A DNA stretch of 64,000 nt from Camelus ferus (GCF_009834535.1 NC_045697.1:26228001-26292000); one strand, 5' to 3'; shown: positions 1 through 12,897, counted from the first letter of the stretch. The notes: generated from the sequence alone by a model not told the origin. Program-made: numbers and translations.

Positions 1-54
1 CATATTTATACATCAAGAAGATGTGGTATATATATATTTACATATATATATAAA

Positions 55-160
55 TCCATTGACAGGCACTTAGGTTCTTTTCATATCTTGGCTATTGTAA
101 ATAATGCTGCTGTAAACACACGCATGCAAATACCTATTTGAATTAGTGTTTCTGTATTTC
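55..160 (-). mobile_element. L1 fragment (ORF2 3' end/3'UTR region)
   Basis: Antisense L1 signature ggcacttaggtt..catatcttggctattgtaaataatgctgctgtaaaca. Confidence 0.85.
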
Positions 161-299
161 AAAGAATATGAAAACATCTAAACCTTCTCTCTATCAAAGA
201 TAGACAAACAAGAATCTTGTCTCAACACTCTTTTTTTTTTACTGTTACAAGGACTTTGAGTTACCCGTTTTTCTTCCACGCTTGTGGAAATTTTATGGG

Positions 300-930
300 C
301 TCTTTCACCTGAAAACTCACATTCTTCAGTTCTTAGATATATTCCTGAAACTCTTTTTGATGATTTCATGCTCTCTGTTTTTTCTGTTCCTTATTTCTGA
401 TAACCCAATGAAAGATTCTCTGGATTTGTTCTCTAACTAACTACTTCTTTTTTTTTTTTTATCATCATCTTCTTTTTTAATCTTTTAATGTTTTGTTCTA
501 TTTTCTGGCAATTTTCCTCAACTTTGTTCTTCGATTTTCTTTTGAGTCTTCCTTTTTCCTACCATTGTATTTTTAACATTCTAGGATTCTTCTGTTATCT
601 GAATCTACTCTTTTTATTAAATCTTCTGTTCTTTCTCATGAATGCAATACCTTTTCTTATTTTTTACAGAATATGATAGTTTCTTTGCTTCTTTTCCCAT
701 TTTTAGAAATTATTCTCTCCCAGGTTAGTATCTGTTTGTTCCCTTCTAATAGCCTTTCTTGGTTGTTTGTTCTGTTCGTATCTGTCATAATAAAAATTTC
801 CATGTATATTCAATGACTCCTATTTGTCTATTTATCCTTAAGAAAGGGTACTAAAAGCTGGTTGGAAGTTTTGAGAATATATAGAGTTTGTTGCTTTTTG
901 CCTTCACTTGAAAATGATCTGACTGGGCCA
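300..930 (-). mobile_element. Ancient L1/HAL1 ORF1-region fragment
   Basis: T-rich degenerate stretch with ttctcatgaatgcaatacctttt.. resembling antisense HAL1/L1M 5' regions. Confidence 0.5.
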
Positions 931-1023
931 TTATATTGTAAACAACATTAATGCCAATACTTGTCCACACTGTTCAGAGTTTAGCTAAGCTTCTCCATTG
1001 AATTGCTGCAGTGGCATCTATTT

Positions 1024-1503
1024 TGTTTGGCCAAGTAGCCTGCAGGGATCATATGTAAGCATGTGCTCTAGACTGCAGCCTGCAGACTCACAAGTGAATG
1101 GAAGTTCCTGATGTGACTTTCCCAGCAGCCCTTGTGATTAGTGGTCTCCCCTGCCTCCCACTGCCTTCCCTTTTTATGTCCCTTACATGAGACCCCAGCA
1201 GTGTTTACCAGCACCCTGCTCTTTTGGTTTGAATTGATCAATCCAGCCCAGCCTGGGAACCCCAAAGCACTCTCCCCATGGACCCTAATAAAGGCTTGTG
1301 TCTCAAGTCCTGCCTTTCTCTCTGTCTGCACTCAGCCTTGACTTTCCCATGTGGCTCCTCGAAGCATATGCTGCACTTCATCCAGGACCTGTGGTGAATA
1401 ATCTTCTCAATTTTAATTTCTCTTGTGGTCTGTTGTTGAACTGTAGCTAACTCCTGGCATCCTGTACTCTACTTAACAAATGTTAATTTAGCTTAGTCAT
1501 AAC
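1024..1503 (+). mobile_element. ERVL solo LTR (MER74/MER73-like)
   Basis: TG...CA ends; gaccctaataaaggc, ccaggacctgtg and terminal ctacttaacaaatgttaattt..cataaca match my recall of this LTR group. Confidence 0.7.
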
Positions 1504-2039
1504 ACACATATATTCATTCACCACATATATACTGTTATTTATAAATTGGAAACATACACTTCTGGATCCTGCAATTATAGCAACATTATCTTATGAGAAT
1601 TATGTAAAATTATTCAAATATTACTTGAAATATGATAATTAATTGGTCTATAGGATTTCATGGTATGAACTGAATATATATGTGCTTTTATAGTTGCATC
1701 AGGCGTAGAGGGAGACACAATCACCTGTAACCTCCTTCTGAGCTCTCTCTTTCTCTGACCACCCTCGCCACATTCTAACAAGATACTTTACCCCATTTGT
1801 ATCAATTAATGCAGAGTCAAATATCAAGTGTCAGGTTCAAAGGATGTATTGGAACATCAATAAACACATAATAAAAACAAATTATGAGAACAGAAACTGG
1901 AGACAAAAGAAATGATTCTGGAATATAATTTGAAGCTTATGAGGGTGAGGTATGAGAATAACGAGAATGAACAATTTGAAGGACTTAGAAACTCCTTTCT
2001 CAAAAATAAGTTTTAAAATTACTTGAGGCATTTTAGGAT

Positions 2040-2275
2040 ATGAGTAGAAACACAGGCTTGGAGCCAGACAGACTGGGTTCAAATCTAACTGTCGCTTATT
2101 CATTACTGGATGTTGAAAAATTCATTTAACCCTCTAAGATGGTTTCCTTAATTAATAAATGAAAATTACATAGTACCTAATTTGTAAGATTACTGTGAAA
2201 ATTAAAACAGAGAATGGATTTAAGTTGTTTAGCATAGTGCCCACTCAAGTATTTATTCAATGAATGTTAATTTTT
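2040..2275 (+). mobile_element. MIR SINE
   Basis: ggagccagacagactgggttcaaatc (B-box region), MIR core, and L2-like tail gcatagtgcc..tcaatgaatgtta. Confidence 0.85.
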
Positions 2276-3097
2276 ATGATTACACATGAATAAATATATG
2301 CTTCTTATATAAGATTGCAAGAATACAGGAAAGTATAAAGGAGAGAAGCACTATATGATCCAAAGATAGCCATGCATCACGAATCTACACACAGGAATAG
2401 CTTTTCCCCTTTGGTTGGTAAGAGTCCTAAGAGAAAGACCTTTAGGGTCTTGGGAGAGATAGGCTGGCAGAATTCTGGGAAACTGTGGGGCAAGACATCT
2501 GACAGTGTCAGGATTCTGTATACAATTGTTCTTCTGTCTACTTTCTTTCAGCATAGGAACCCTGCTTGCATCAGTGACTGGTATCTGTCAGTTCAGAGTA
2601 TCTTTGTTTTACCTTCTCTATGGAGTAAAATTCCAGTTTTCTCAAAGTGGATCAATAGTCACCCCATTACAGAGAGAGGAAGATTTCTTACCGGGATTTT
2701 TAAGCAGATTTATTCAGAACTTTGACCAGAGTTCCAGGAAACATTGGCAAAGAGCCCAAGGATTGTCCACTGTATTAACTCTTTTTATTCATTAGCACAG
2801 ATTTCCATTTGTTCTTTTCCAAACCCCCAACTTCTTACCACCTCCAGATTGCCCAAGCACCCAATTTTGCTAAGTCATTGTATTTTCCCATTCTGGGTAG
2901 ATTCTCATGAAACTGTTCCTCCTCCTAAAAAAGCAAAGCAAACACATGATTTCTTTTATTTCAGGGCCCTGTTCTCAGCTAGATAATTAATGAATTTAAT
3001 AAGCTACTATATCTTATCCATTATGCTTATTATTGCTTAGATTTTGTTCATAACATGAGTGGGTACAGGTATAAGGATTTTGAACTTTAGTAACATT

Positions 3098-3583
3098 TGC
3101 CAATACAGACTCAGCAGAAGCAAAAATTGTAGAAAGGACCGTTGCTACTCTTGCTTCAGTTGAATAAACAGTCCAACAATGGGCAGGGGGTGAGGGAAAC
3201 TCAAGTGGAGTTCAGGTTCACATTTGACATGGTGAGACAGGAAAGTGACAGTGTACAGCAGAGTGTGGGCATCCAGCGCATTCAAAAGGCATGGCCAGGA
3301 GGTAGACACAGATGGCAGGTGGTGATGTACCAGGTCAGACAGATGTCACAGCTGTGAAGCCAGGTGCTTTATCCATTTTTACAGCCAGGGAATGGAGCAG
3401 AGCAGGAGTGAGAGTCAAAGCAGTTGTTAACTGTTAGGCTAAATGTCAGAGCTCCATCCGCATGGATGCAGAGCTGAAGAAGATTTCACATCATTTGGGC
3501 ATGGATTGGAAGGCAAGGGGAGCGAACAGGAAGTGTGGTGACTTATAGACTCTATGCTATTCAAAGAGCACCCTGTCACTACA
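3098..3583 (-). mobile_element. Ancient LTR, possibly Gypsy-like (MamGypLTR-type)
   Basis: Minus strand reads tgtagtgacagg...gtattggca (TG..CA, ~490 bp) with internal ggctgtaaaaatggataaag; family from memory, uncertain. Confidence 0.4.
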
Positions 3584-4430
3584 GGGAATTAGCTACAAGA
3601 CTATTTCTAAACACTGCAGAAAGTTTCTCAAAGTGGACCCTGAACTAGGATCATAAGTAAGGTAAATGCGCCAGAAGACATATTCTATTCTTTCTGTCTG
3701 GCTAGAGAGCTCATGAGTTGCTTCTCTCACAGAAAACAATGCAGGTATGCCAATCAGTAGTAGAGAATCTGGGGTTGTATGTTATCTGAGAAGTGAGGTT
3801 TCATTCATATATCCTTCCATTAGAAATAAGTGAACGGGCTAAAATAACTTACAAGTGGCATTTAAAGCTATATAACTATGCAGTTATACTTAAGAACTTT
3901 ATTCTATCAAAGTAGAGTTGATTTACAGTATTATATTAGTTTCAGGTGTACAATATAGTGATTCACTATTTTAATAGCTTATACTCCATTTAAAGTTGTT
4001 ATAAAATACTGGCTATTTCCCCTATGCTGTGCATTATTATATCTTTGTATCTTATTTATTTTATACATAGTAGTTTTTGTCTTAATTATTTTATACATAG
4101 CCTCTTAATCCCCTCCCCCTATCCTGATGCTCCCCCTATACCTCTCCTCACTGGTAACCACTAGTTTGTTCTCTGTATCTGTAATTCTGTTTACGTTTTG
4201 TTATATTTATTCATTTGATTTGTTTTTTAGATTCCACATTTAAGTGAAAACATACAGCATTTGCCTTTCTCTCTCTGATTTATTTCACTAAGCATAACAC
4301 CCTCCAGGTCCTCCCAAGTTGCTGCAAATAGCAAATTTCCATTCTTTTTATAGCTGAGTAATATTCCATTGTATATGTATATCAAATCTTCTTTATCCAT
4401 GATCTGTCGATGGACATTTAGGTTGCTTCC

Positions 4431-4498
4431 ATACCTTGGCGATTGTAAATAATGTTGCTCTGAAATACCTTGGCGATTGTAAATAATGTTGCTCTGAA
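4431..4498. repeat. Perfect 34-bp tandem duplication inside L1
   Basis: ataccttggcgattgtaaataatgttgctctgaa occurs twice (4431-4464, 4465-4498). Confidence 0.95.
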
Positions 4499-4705
4499 CA
4501 TTGGGATGTATGTATCTTTTAGAATTTGTGTTTTTGTTTCTTTCTGGATATATACCCAGGAGTGGAATTGCTGGGTCTAATTTTAGTTTTTTGAGAAATG
4601 TCCATACTGTTCTCCACAATGGCTGTGCCAATTTACATTCCCAACAAGAGGGTACAAGGATCCCCTTTTCTCCACTCCTTGCCAACATTTGTTATTTATG
4701 TTCTT

Positions 4706-4826
4706 GTTTTTTAAATTTCAGAGTTTTCATGTATGTTTTTAGTTAAAGCATAGTCAGTTTACAATGTTGGTCAAATTCTGGTGTGCAGAATAATGTTTCG
4801 GTCATACAAATATATACATTTATTCA
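4706..4826 (-). mobile_element. Short L1 3'-terminal insertion nested in an older L1
   Basis: ttaaagcatagtcagtttacaatgttg..ctggtgtgcagaataatgtt is a second L1 3' terminus; flanked by duplicated tgttctt. Confidence 0.7.
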
Positions 4827-6389
4827 TGTGTTCTTTTTGATGATAGCCATTCCTACAGATATGAGATGATATCTAACTGTTGTTTTGATTTGCATTTCCC
4901 TGATGATTAGTGATGTTGAGCATCTTTTCATGTGCTTCTGTGTCTTCTTTGGAAAAATGTCTATTCAGGTCTCCTGCCCATTTTTAAATTGGTTTGTTTG
5001 TTTTTTAGACATTGAGTTGTATAAGCAGTTTATATATTTTGGATATTAATCCTTTATTGGTCATATTATAGCAAATATTTTCTCCCCTTCAGTAGGTTGT
5101 CTTTTTGTTTTGTTGATAGTTTCCTTTGCTGTACAAATGCTTTTTAAGTTTAATTTGGTTCTATTAGCTTATTTTTGCTTTTGTTTCCTTTGCCTTAGAA
5201 GACAGATCCAAAAAAAATTATTGCTACAATCTATGTCAAAGAGTATTCTGCCTGTGTTCTCTTCCAGGAGTTTTATGGTTTCAAGTCTTTAATTCATTTT
5301 GAGTTTATTTTTTTAAATGGTATGAGGAAATAACCTAATTTGATTCTTTTATATGTAACTGTCCAATTTTCCAACATCACTTATTGAGGAGACCATCTTT
5401 TCCCCCATTATATATTTTTGCCACCTTTTTCATAGATTAATTGACCATAAGTGCATGCATTTATTTCTGGGGCTCTCTATTCAGTTCCATCGACCTATTG
5501 TGTCTGTTTTGTGACAGTATCATACTGTTTCAATTACTGTAGCTTTGTTGTATAGTCTGAAGTCAGGAACTGTGATACCTCCAAATTTGTTCTTTTTTTC
5601 TCAGGATTGCTTTGGCTATTTAGGGTCTTTCGTGGTTCCATATAAATTTTAGGATCATTTGCTCATTTACTTTAGAAACTTTTGATTAATGCAACCTCAT
5701 GCCAAAGATCCAACTATTTTTCAGTTGAATTTTAATAATGAGAATAAAATGAGTTGCAAAAGTAACATGAGTCAAAGTAATTTAAAACTCAACCATGTTG
5801 CTGTAGTTTACTAACATACTCCAGCTTGCTTTTTTTCTAAAAAAATAATACAAATAATGAGTTACTTCCTTGACTCAAAGCTGACAGGGCAATAATTTGC
5901 AAAAACTTTGATTATGAGAACTGTTCTCTTTTTTGTTGTAAACATAAAGCATGAATATCAGCCCACCAGAAAATTACTCAATTTGTTCAGTCTAAGAGCT
6001 TTCTTCATTTTAGATTCAATGGGATAGGTTAGCAAGAATTCCTTTTGGCCAAAGATTTATGCCCAGAAGTCAGTTTGGCACTACAAAAATGTTTTATATT
6101 AACATTTTTAAGTCAGTAAAGTGACCATAAAAGTAAATACAGAAAGTACCAATCAGTAAATAAAATGGAGTTGTCATATTTAAACATATACAAGTAATAA
6201 AGTTAAAGAATAATAATATTTGGCATCTTACCAATTGTAACACTTTCAAAACCAAGTTTTCAGCTGTATTATTTGCCTCTATGTAATTAACTATGTAGTA
6301 AACTGTAGTTAACTAGAATTAATGCAAATCCTACTTGAGACTAGAAAAATATATTTTCTAGAGCATCTGGAAAACAATCAGTAAAAGCT

Positions 6390-6670
6390 ATATGTATATA
6401 ATGAAATGCTATGTGGCAAGTAAAAAAGAATAGAGTATGTTTATATGTGTTTACATGAAAAGATACTGAAAGCATATTTTTGGGTATGAAAAGATTGCAA
6501 AAACATATATAGTATATTTTTTGTAAAAGAATGTGTGTATTTCTATATTTCTACATTTGTAGGTTTGTCTGTAAGAACAGTCACTCAAACGTTAACTGTG
6601 GATAGGCTGGGTAATGGGATCTTAGGGAATTTAAATTTTCTTTCTATAATTTCCCATATTTCATTGATGT
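6390..6670 (+). mobile_element. L1ME-type 3'UTR fragment
   Basis: aatgaaatgctatgtggcaagtaaaaaagaat ... aacgttaactgtggata..ctgggtaatggga. Confidence 0.55.
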
Positions 6671-7267
6671 TCTGCTTCTAAGTCTCCTAAAATAAGCAGC
6701 TTTATCCTAAAAGCCAATGTTTAAATAAAGAAACAAAAAAATTAATCCAACAAACCTCAAAAACTTATCATTTAGGAAGATACAAAGAGGTCATCACACT
6801 TCAGGGCAGCCTCCTCTCGGAGGCAGCAGCATCTACTCAACTCAAAATCTTGGGCTCTGATGGGGAAATGTACTCTTTGTGTTTCTACTCTTCTTGCTTC
6901 AGCATAAAAGTGCCTCCCAGAATGTTAACCTATGCCCAAATACTAAGAGAGCTTCTGTAGACAATTCTTTAGGAAGCACGTGGAAATGTGCATTAATAGG
7001 ATCCTCACAGTCCTCCAAACTTCCAGGCATTGGGGCCCATAATGTAAATGAAACCAGCATAATTAATACTTAATAGATGAACTTTTTTTTGCTTTTAGTA
7101 AGAAAGAGCTAGAGGATGACACTATCTCCATTTAATCCTCCTCTAGTGTACCCCATCACTACAGTGTTGTACCATGTTGATCAGTAATAGTGTGAATAAA
7201 AGAATATTTTACTTTCCTCCCACCAGAGAAATCTACTTTTTTTTTTCAAGCCTGCAAATTATATTTT

Positions 7268-7368
7268 CAGGGCCTGGGACAAAAGTACAAATGGAGAGTA
7301 AATACATCAATATGTCTAAATAATAAAAAGTTATCAAACTAACAAACTGTTAAATAAAATATATTCTC
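7268..7368. mobile_element. hAT-Tip100-type DNA transposon fragment (MER115/Zaphod-like)
   Basis: cagggcctgggacaaaagtacaaatggag..tatgtctaaata..aaaagttat..aacaaactgttaaataaaata matches recalled consensus. Confidence 0.5.
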
Positions 7369-7530
7369 ATAAGGTGCCCCTTGACCACCAATAAACCTCC
7401 TGCATTAAGTTTTGTCTCAGATTGTTTCCTAGAAAGCCCAGCCTGACTTACCCAGCAGGGTCAGAGTAGGGCCCTTCTTGCCGGGATCTAAGGTTCTTAT
7501 TAAGGCATTTACCTAACCTTAAATAGCACC

Positions 7531-7672
7531 CATAAGAATCACCTGGTCAGGTGCCTGAGTATGGGCATCATGGGCTCACTCCCAGAGATCCTGATCTGTG
7601 ATCTGGAATGCAGCTGGTAAGTCTGAAGTTTGAGCAAACATCTAAGATGATTCTGATGCACGTGCTCTTCGG
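7531..7672. mobile_element. MER5-type hAT-Charlie fragment
   Basis: cataagaatcacctgg..cccagagatcctgat..gatgattctgatgca. Confidence 0.65.
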
Positions 7673-7974
7673 ATTCAACTTGAGTGACATTTCACTGTGG
7701 GAAACATACTCTTTCTGCAGTTCAGTTGCTACTAGGATAGAAAAGGACTCAAGAGCCTTTTTTTTTTCCTGTTGTTCCTCAGGTCAGGGAGGAACACACT
7801 GTTTATTGCTTCATACATAAGAGCAGGTAATGTAGCATGAAGCACAGGGAGAAAAAACCCAGAGCAACATAAAACAAAAAACGTGCCTTGCCTGCTCAGC
7901 AAGCTTGGGGTACTGCCCTCACTGCTCTGTTAACATTCACAACACTCTCCACCTTGGCCTGACCTAGCAACTTC

Positions 7975-8230
7975 TTCTGTCTGCTTTTTCTCCCCCACAG
8001 TATCCACCATTCTCTAATATACTCCATATTTCACTTATTTAATTGTTATTGTCTACCTTCACCACTAGAAGTTAAGCTCCATGAAGACATGAAGGGCAGC
8101 CAGTTATCTGTCTGAAGTGGGCAGAAAGATACAGATTTCTCTCTGATTGAATGCTATATTTTCAGCCGCTGATGCAGTGTCTGACATACAGTAAGTGCTC
8201 AATAAATATCTGCTGAGTGAGTGATTGAGT
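7975..8230 (+). mobile_element. L2 3' end
   Basis: ccactagaagttaagctccatgaag..cagtgtctgacatacagtaagtgctcaataaatatctgctgagtgagtga. Confidence 0.85.
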
Positions 8231-10308
8231 TAAATTCAGACGGGATCACAGAAAAGAAGTGGTAGAGATGCACTCAACAATGTTCTCCCCTTCCAAGGTA
8301 TAAGAAGTCTTAAACCATCCATCACTTTAGTGAAGTAGGTGTTCCAGAGCCACGTCTTCCCAGAGAGGGACCCAGGGCTTGGAAGAAATGACAGGAGATC
8401 CGTACTTCCAGCCCCTACACAGACTGTACAAGCAGCAAATAGGAACAGAGGTAGCCAGACATGGATTGTGAAAATCTGCCCTTTAATTCCTGAGCTTTTC
8501 AAATGCAGGAATTTGGAAGGGACCAAGCTGTACAAGTCAGATGCAAGGATCATCACCAGACCCGAAGGAGAGCCGAGAACAACACAGACACAAGGGACGG
8601 CTGATGAAGTGCGTAGACCCAGAGTAGAAACAATTGCCCAACTCCTCATGGCGATGGGTAAACAGTGTGGTTCTTAGTGAAGAAAGATTGCTAATGTTCT
8701 CTAATTCAATTTGTATATTATTTTCTAGTCTGTGTAAAATAGATTCATACTAAAGTTAATAGTTTCCTAAATTGAGCATGGTTTACTCGATAGTGTGATT
8801 TCAGTCATCTTCTGCTAAGCACCTTCCTGTTAAGGATTACCTCTGGATAGCGCAGTCTAAGTCAGTTTATTTGTGTCTGGAGTGGGCAGAATGACAAGCT
8901 GAACCAAACCCAGAGACATTCATAGGGAAAAAAAGTAAAAAAGAAAAAGGATGATGTTGGCACTGTTAACTGCTACTGCTTTTAATATGGTTGATATTTA
9001 ATGCTTTAAAAATTGCTAAGTAATCAATGGTTTAATCTAGTCAGTCTATTAAGGGGAGGAAAATGCTGGTTGCCAAAATTATTAAGGAAAATGCTATCAC
9101 CTTGCATAAACTAACAATAGTAAGACTTGATTCTATGTAAATTGTATAATTCTATGTAATTAGGATTCTATATAGTGTATGCACACATTAATATACATTA
9201 ATTTATAATATATATTTTCTAAGTGGCACACAATCTAGACACTTTTTTTCTAACTTTCCTCCCTTACTTTTCTTAGGATTATGCTGCTCAATTTTGGTGA
9301 GAATTGTATTCTCACACTTTGTTTGACTTTTACTAATTTCTTTCCTTAAAGAAGCAATAGTCGTTGTACATCAAGGAACACAGTAATATAGTCGCATTCC
9401 TACAGTGTTGCTATTTTTTACATCAGGCTGAAGAAATTCTATCTTCATATAATACTGGGAGTAACATAGGTAAAGCGAAAATCTTGTAGAAAATGAGTTA
9501 ATAAAAATAAAACTTTGATTAGTGTTTTCTGTGAGCATTTTTCAGGAAAAAAATGAAAAACTTAAGTATCTCTTCATCTGATTAAATTTCTCCAGGTCAG
9601 TGAAAGAATAATCTTTTAAAATTATTTATTTGCTGATGTATGAAATTGAAAATTGTAGGTTCTTCCAGGGAGATTTTCCATTTGCAAATAATTTAAAATT
9701 TGTTTCCTAGGTGACAATTCTTCAACAAGGAGTTCAGGTTGAAACCTTGTTATAGAAACCATGAAGATAATACTTGGTGGAGACACAGATTTATTACTTC
9801 AGGAGAAAAATAGGTTACCTAACTTTTAAACAGGCTGTAGCTTTCTCCTGAGATTTTGGGATGCATTTGGCCTTTAATATGTTGTTTCAATGGGTAAATA
9901 TCCTGTATTTGAAACATATAGGTGGGTGACCTTGCCATATTTAAAATCATGATGTCTGTCCCTACAACCAAACCAACTTTGTCAAAAATATTTAAATTCT
10001 GTGTGAAAAGCACAATGTGTAACAACAGGAGGATGAATGATAATCACCTGCAGCACTAATCACTTGTTAGAGTTTATACCGTCACTGAGGATACTACCTA
10101 AACGCAACACACAATACAGTATGGATACGTGCCTATTATACTGTATAAGGGAGATGGTTAGTGAATACTATAAGGAAGAGATCACTGTGGTATTATGTCA
10201 AAAAATACTTTGAGAAAGTTTCTCTTCACCTGGACTTTGAAGTGCTTGCAATTCAATTCAGCAGACATTCATGAATAGTCACCAGGAATTAAAATTAAAA
10301 GTGAAATG

Positions 10309-10606
10309 AATATATACCACATCTTCTTTATCCATCATCTGTTGATGGACACTTGGTTTGCTTCCATACCTTGGCAACTGTAAATAATGCTGCTCTGAAC
10401 TTTGGGGCACATGTATCTATTAGAATTAGTGTTTTTGTTTCTTTTTGGATCTATATCCAGGAGTAGAATTACTGGGTCATATGGTAGTTCTAACTTTATT
10501 TTTGAGAAACCTCAAAATCATCTGTGTGAAACTTTTGAAAACTGCAAAGCAATATAGAATTTAAAGAATCTTTCATTCTATAAAAAATTAAAATTAAAAT
10601 TAAAGA
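10309..10606. mobile_element. Short 5'-inverted (twin-primed) L1 insertion
   Basis: Antisense L1 at 10311-10512 joined to a sense 3' end (atagaatttaaagaatctttcattc plus A-rich tail); exact TSD aaaagtgaaatg at 10297-10308 and 10607-10618. Confidence 0.8.
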
Positions 10607-10874
10607 AAAAGTGAAATGGAGCTAAGAATCATGCAGTTCTTACTATGTATCAGGCACTGTTCTTGGTGCTTTAAATAATACATATGCATCTAGTGCTGAA
10701 TGTTAGCTGAAGTAATACATTCATAACAAAGAGTCCTGAGGTATAGAGAGAAATTGTGGGAAGGTATTGTGACATTTGGGTTTTATTTTACCATTATTAA
10801 CCACTGATTGTTATCTAGATGTTTGACTGAATTTAACTATTCTTCAAATAATCACTTATTTGACTTAAACTCTT

Positions 10875-10985
10875 CTTTTTTTTTTATTATTATAAGAACT
10901 CATGAGATCCATGCTCTCAACAAAATTTGAAGTGCACATTACAGCATTGTTGACTATGAGCACACAATTGAAAAGCAGATCTCTT
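10875..10985 (-). mobile_element. L1MA-type 3' terminal fragment
   Basis: poly-T followed by atgagatccatgctctcaacaaaatttgaagtgcacattacagcattgttgactat..gcagatctct. Confidence 0.75.
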
Positions 10986-11264
10986 TTCTTCATTTTTATT
11001 TTTTATTTTTGAAAATCCCTAAAAGATTAAAAATGTTTACAAAGCAATGGTGTTTAAAATACTGACTTAATTTGCCTTTCTCAGAGGATGTGTTCATATG
11101 AGGCATTTCAATTTTATTAAGGGCTGCTAGTCAAGTAGATGTTGCTAATAGTTCCTTTTTTACATTTTATGTAAATATTTTTCTATTAAAAATTCTGTTA
11201 AAAAACCATTTACATAATCCTTTTTCATAGTGCTGCATTATTTGTGGATTCTGATAGTGCATTT

Positions 11265-11640
11265 GTTTCTATTAAGACTGCTTTCAGCTGCAAGGAAAAG
11301 TATACCAAAGAGTTGCTTAAGAAGTTTGAAGGTCCAGTCCAAATTCATTATAACATATCAGTGAATTCAGAGCTGATGCTCAGGGGTTTGTAAAGTCTAG
11401 TGAACTGGCCATCCTCCATTTCAGTCTAATCTCTTTTCTGAATGATTGTTGGCCATGTGGCAATTATTTTTAAATATTTAGAATATCATCCCTTGATATT
11501 ATCAAGGAGCTGAGTCCTTTCTCTGGCCTATAACTGCCCATTTCTTTTTGGCTTAAGATGATTATGGAAACTCCAGATGTCAGAACTGTGTTCAAGGAAG
11601 GAAATGGAGAAAGAATGGCCCATTCTACAGAATAAAGTTC
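11265..11640 (-). mobile_element. Degenerate MaLR/ERVL LTR, probably interrupted by a MER63-like hAT element (~11368-11494)
   Basis: taagactgctttcagctgcaag..; aagatgattatggaaactccagatgtca; inner end ttaaatatttagaatatcatccct resembles a MER63 terminus. Confidence 0.4.
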
Positions 11641-12039
11641 TTCTCAATAAAATATCTCTTGAAGTGATAATCTGTTCTTTCTCCAGTTTTTAGGGTTGGA
11701 GATGGGGATGAGGTAAGAAAAGGTATGCTCAATATTCAATACCATGAAGTCTAAATGAAAACAATTGTGTGTCTTCACACAACTTAATTTTGATTAAATT
11801 GTTTTTATTTACTTTTGGGATTTGGATTCCATAATTACAATTGACTGTACTTAAGTGATTTTCCCAAAGCATCTTTCTTAATTAAGTCTCTTCTCTTGTG
11901 AGGTATTGTGAAGAAATTTAATTTTACTCAGTCTTTAGAAGATACATAAAGAGCTGTGAGAGTACTCTCATGAGACAGGAAACAAAAAAAGGGAGAGAAG
12001 ATAAACTAGTATCTTATCACTGCTTAGGATGCAACAGCC

Positions 12040-12210
12040 CTTGTCTGCTACATATGCCATTGCATTCAAACCTCACAAAACCCTATCGGGGACAGGTAAT
12101 ATTGTCCTAATTTCACAGGTGAGGAAACTAAGACTTAGAAAATTGATTACTCAGAAAATTAACTAAGGGTAATCAAGATCACTCTGATAGTAGGTGTCAG
12201 AGGAAGGGCT
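12040..12210 (-). mobile_element. MIR SINE
   Basis: cctcacaaaaccctat..atttcacaggtgaggaaactaagacttaga antisense MIR core. Confidence 0.8.
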
Positions 12211-12282
12211 TGGTCTCTTCTTTGTTGTTATTGAAGACAGAATATCAGAAGTGATGGTTATTACATAGGACCTCAGTGATTT

Positions 12283-12897
12283 AAATTACCATACAATCCA
12301 GCAATCCCACTTCTGGGTATGCATCTGGAGAAAACTCTAGATTGAAAAGTACATGCACCCCAAAGTTTAGACCAGCACAATTTGTAACAGCCAAGACATG
12401 GAATAAACTTAAATGTCCATGACTGGAAAAAGAAGATGTGACATATATATACAATGGAATATTATTCAGCCATAAAAAGAATGAAATAATGCCATTTGCA
12501 GCAACTTAGGTGGACCTAGAGATTATCATACTAAATGAAGTTAAGTCAGATAGAGAGAGACAAATATTATATGATATCACTTATATGTGGAATCTAAAAA
12601 ATGATACAAATGAGCTTATTTACAAAACAGAAATAGACTCGCAGATGTAAAAAAGGGGTTACCAAAGGGGAAAAGTGGGGGAAGGATAAATTAGGAACTT
12701 GGGATTAGCAGATACAAACTACTATATATAAAATAGATAAAAAACAAGGTCCTACTATACAGCACAGGGAACTATATTCAATATCTGTAATAACCTATAA
12801 TAAAGAAGAATATATATGTAAAACTGAATCTCTTTGCTATACACCAGAAACTAACACAGCATTGTAAATCAACTATACTTCAGTAAAAAAAAAATAA

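Larger units (their letters stand above)
3898..5663 (-). mobile_element. 5'-truncated L1 (artiodactyl-type 3'UTR plus decayed ORF2 C-terminus)
   Basis: ORF 4227-4688(-) gives L1 ORF2 C-terminal motifs ([51 protein letters not shown]); typical antisense 3'UTR from 3898. Confidence 0.95.

Noticed and set aside
2351..2986. Overlapping ORFs of 67-117 aa
   Set aside because: No recognisable domains; lengths are compatible with chance ORFs.
4227..4688. Longest ORF (153 aa) as a gene
   Set aside because: It is a decayed, frameshifted L1 ORF2 C-terminus.
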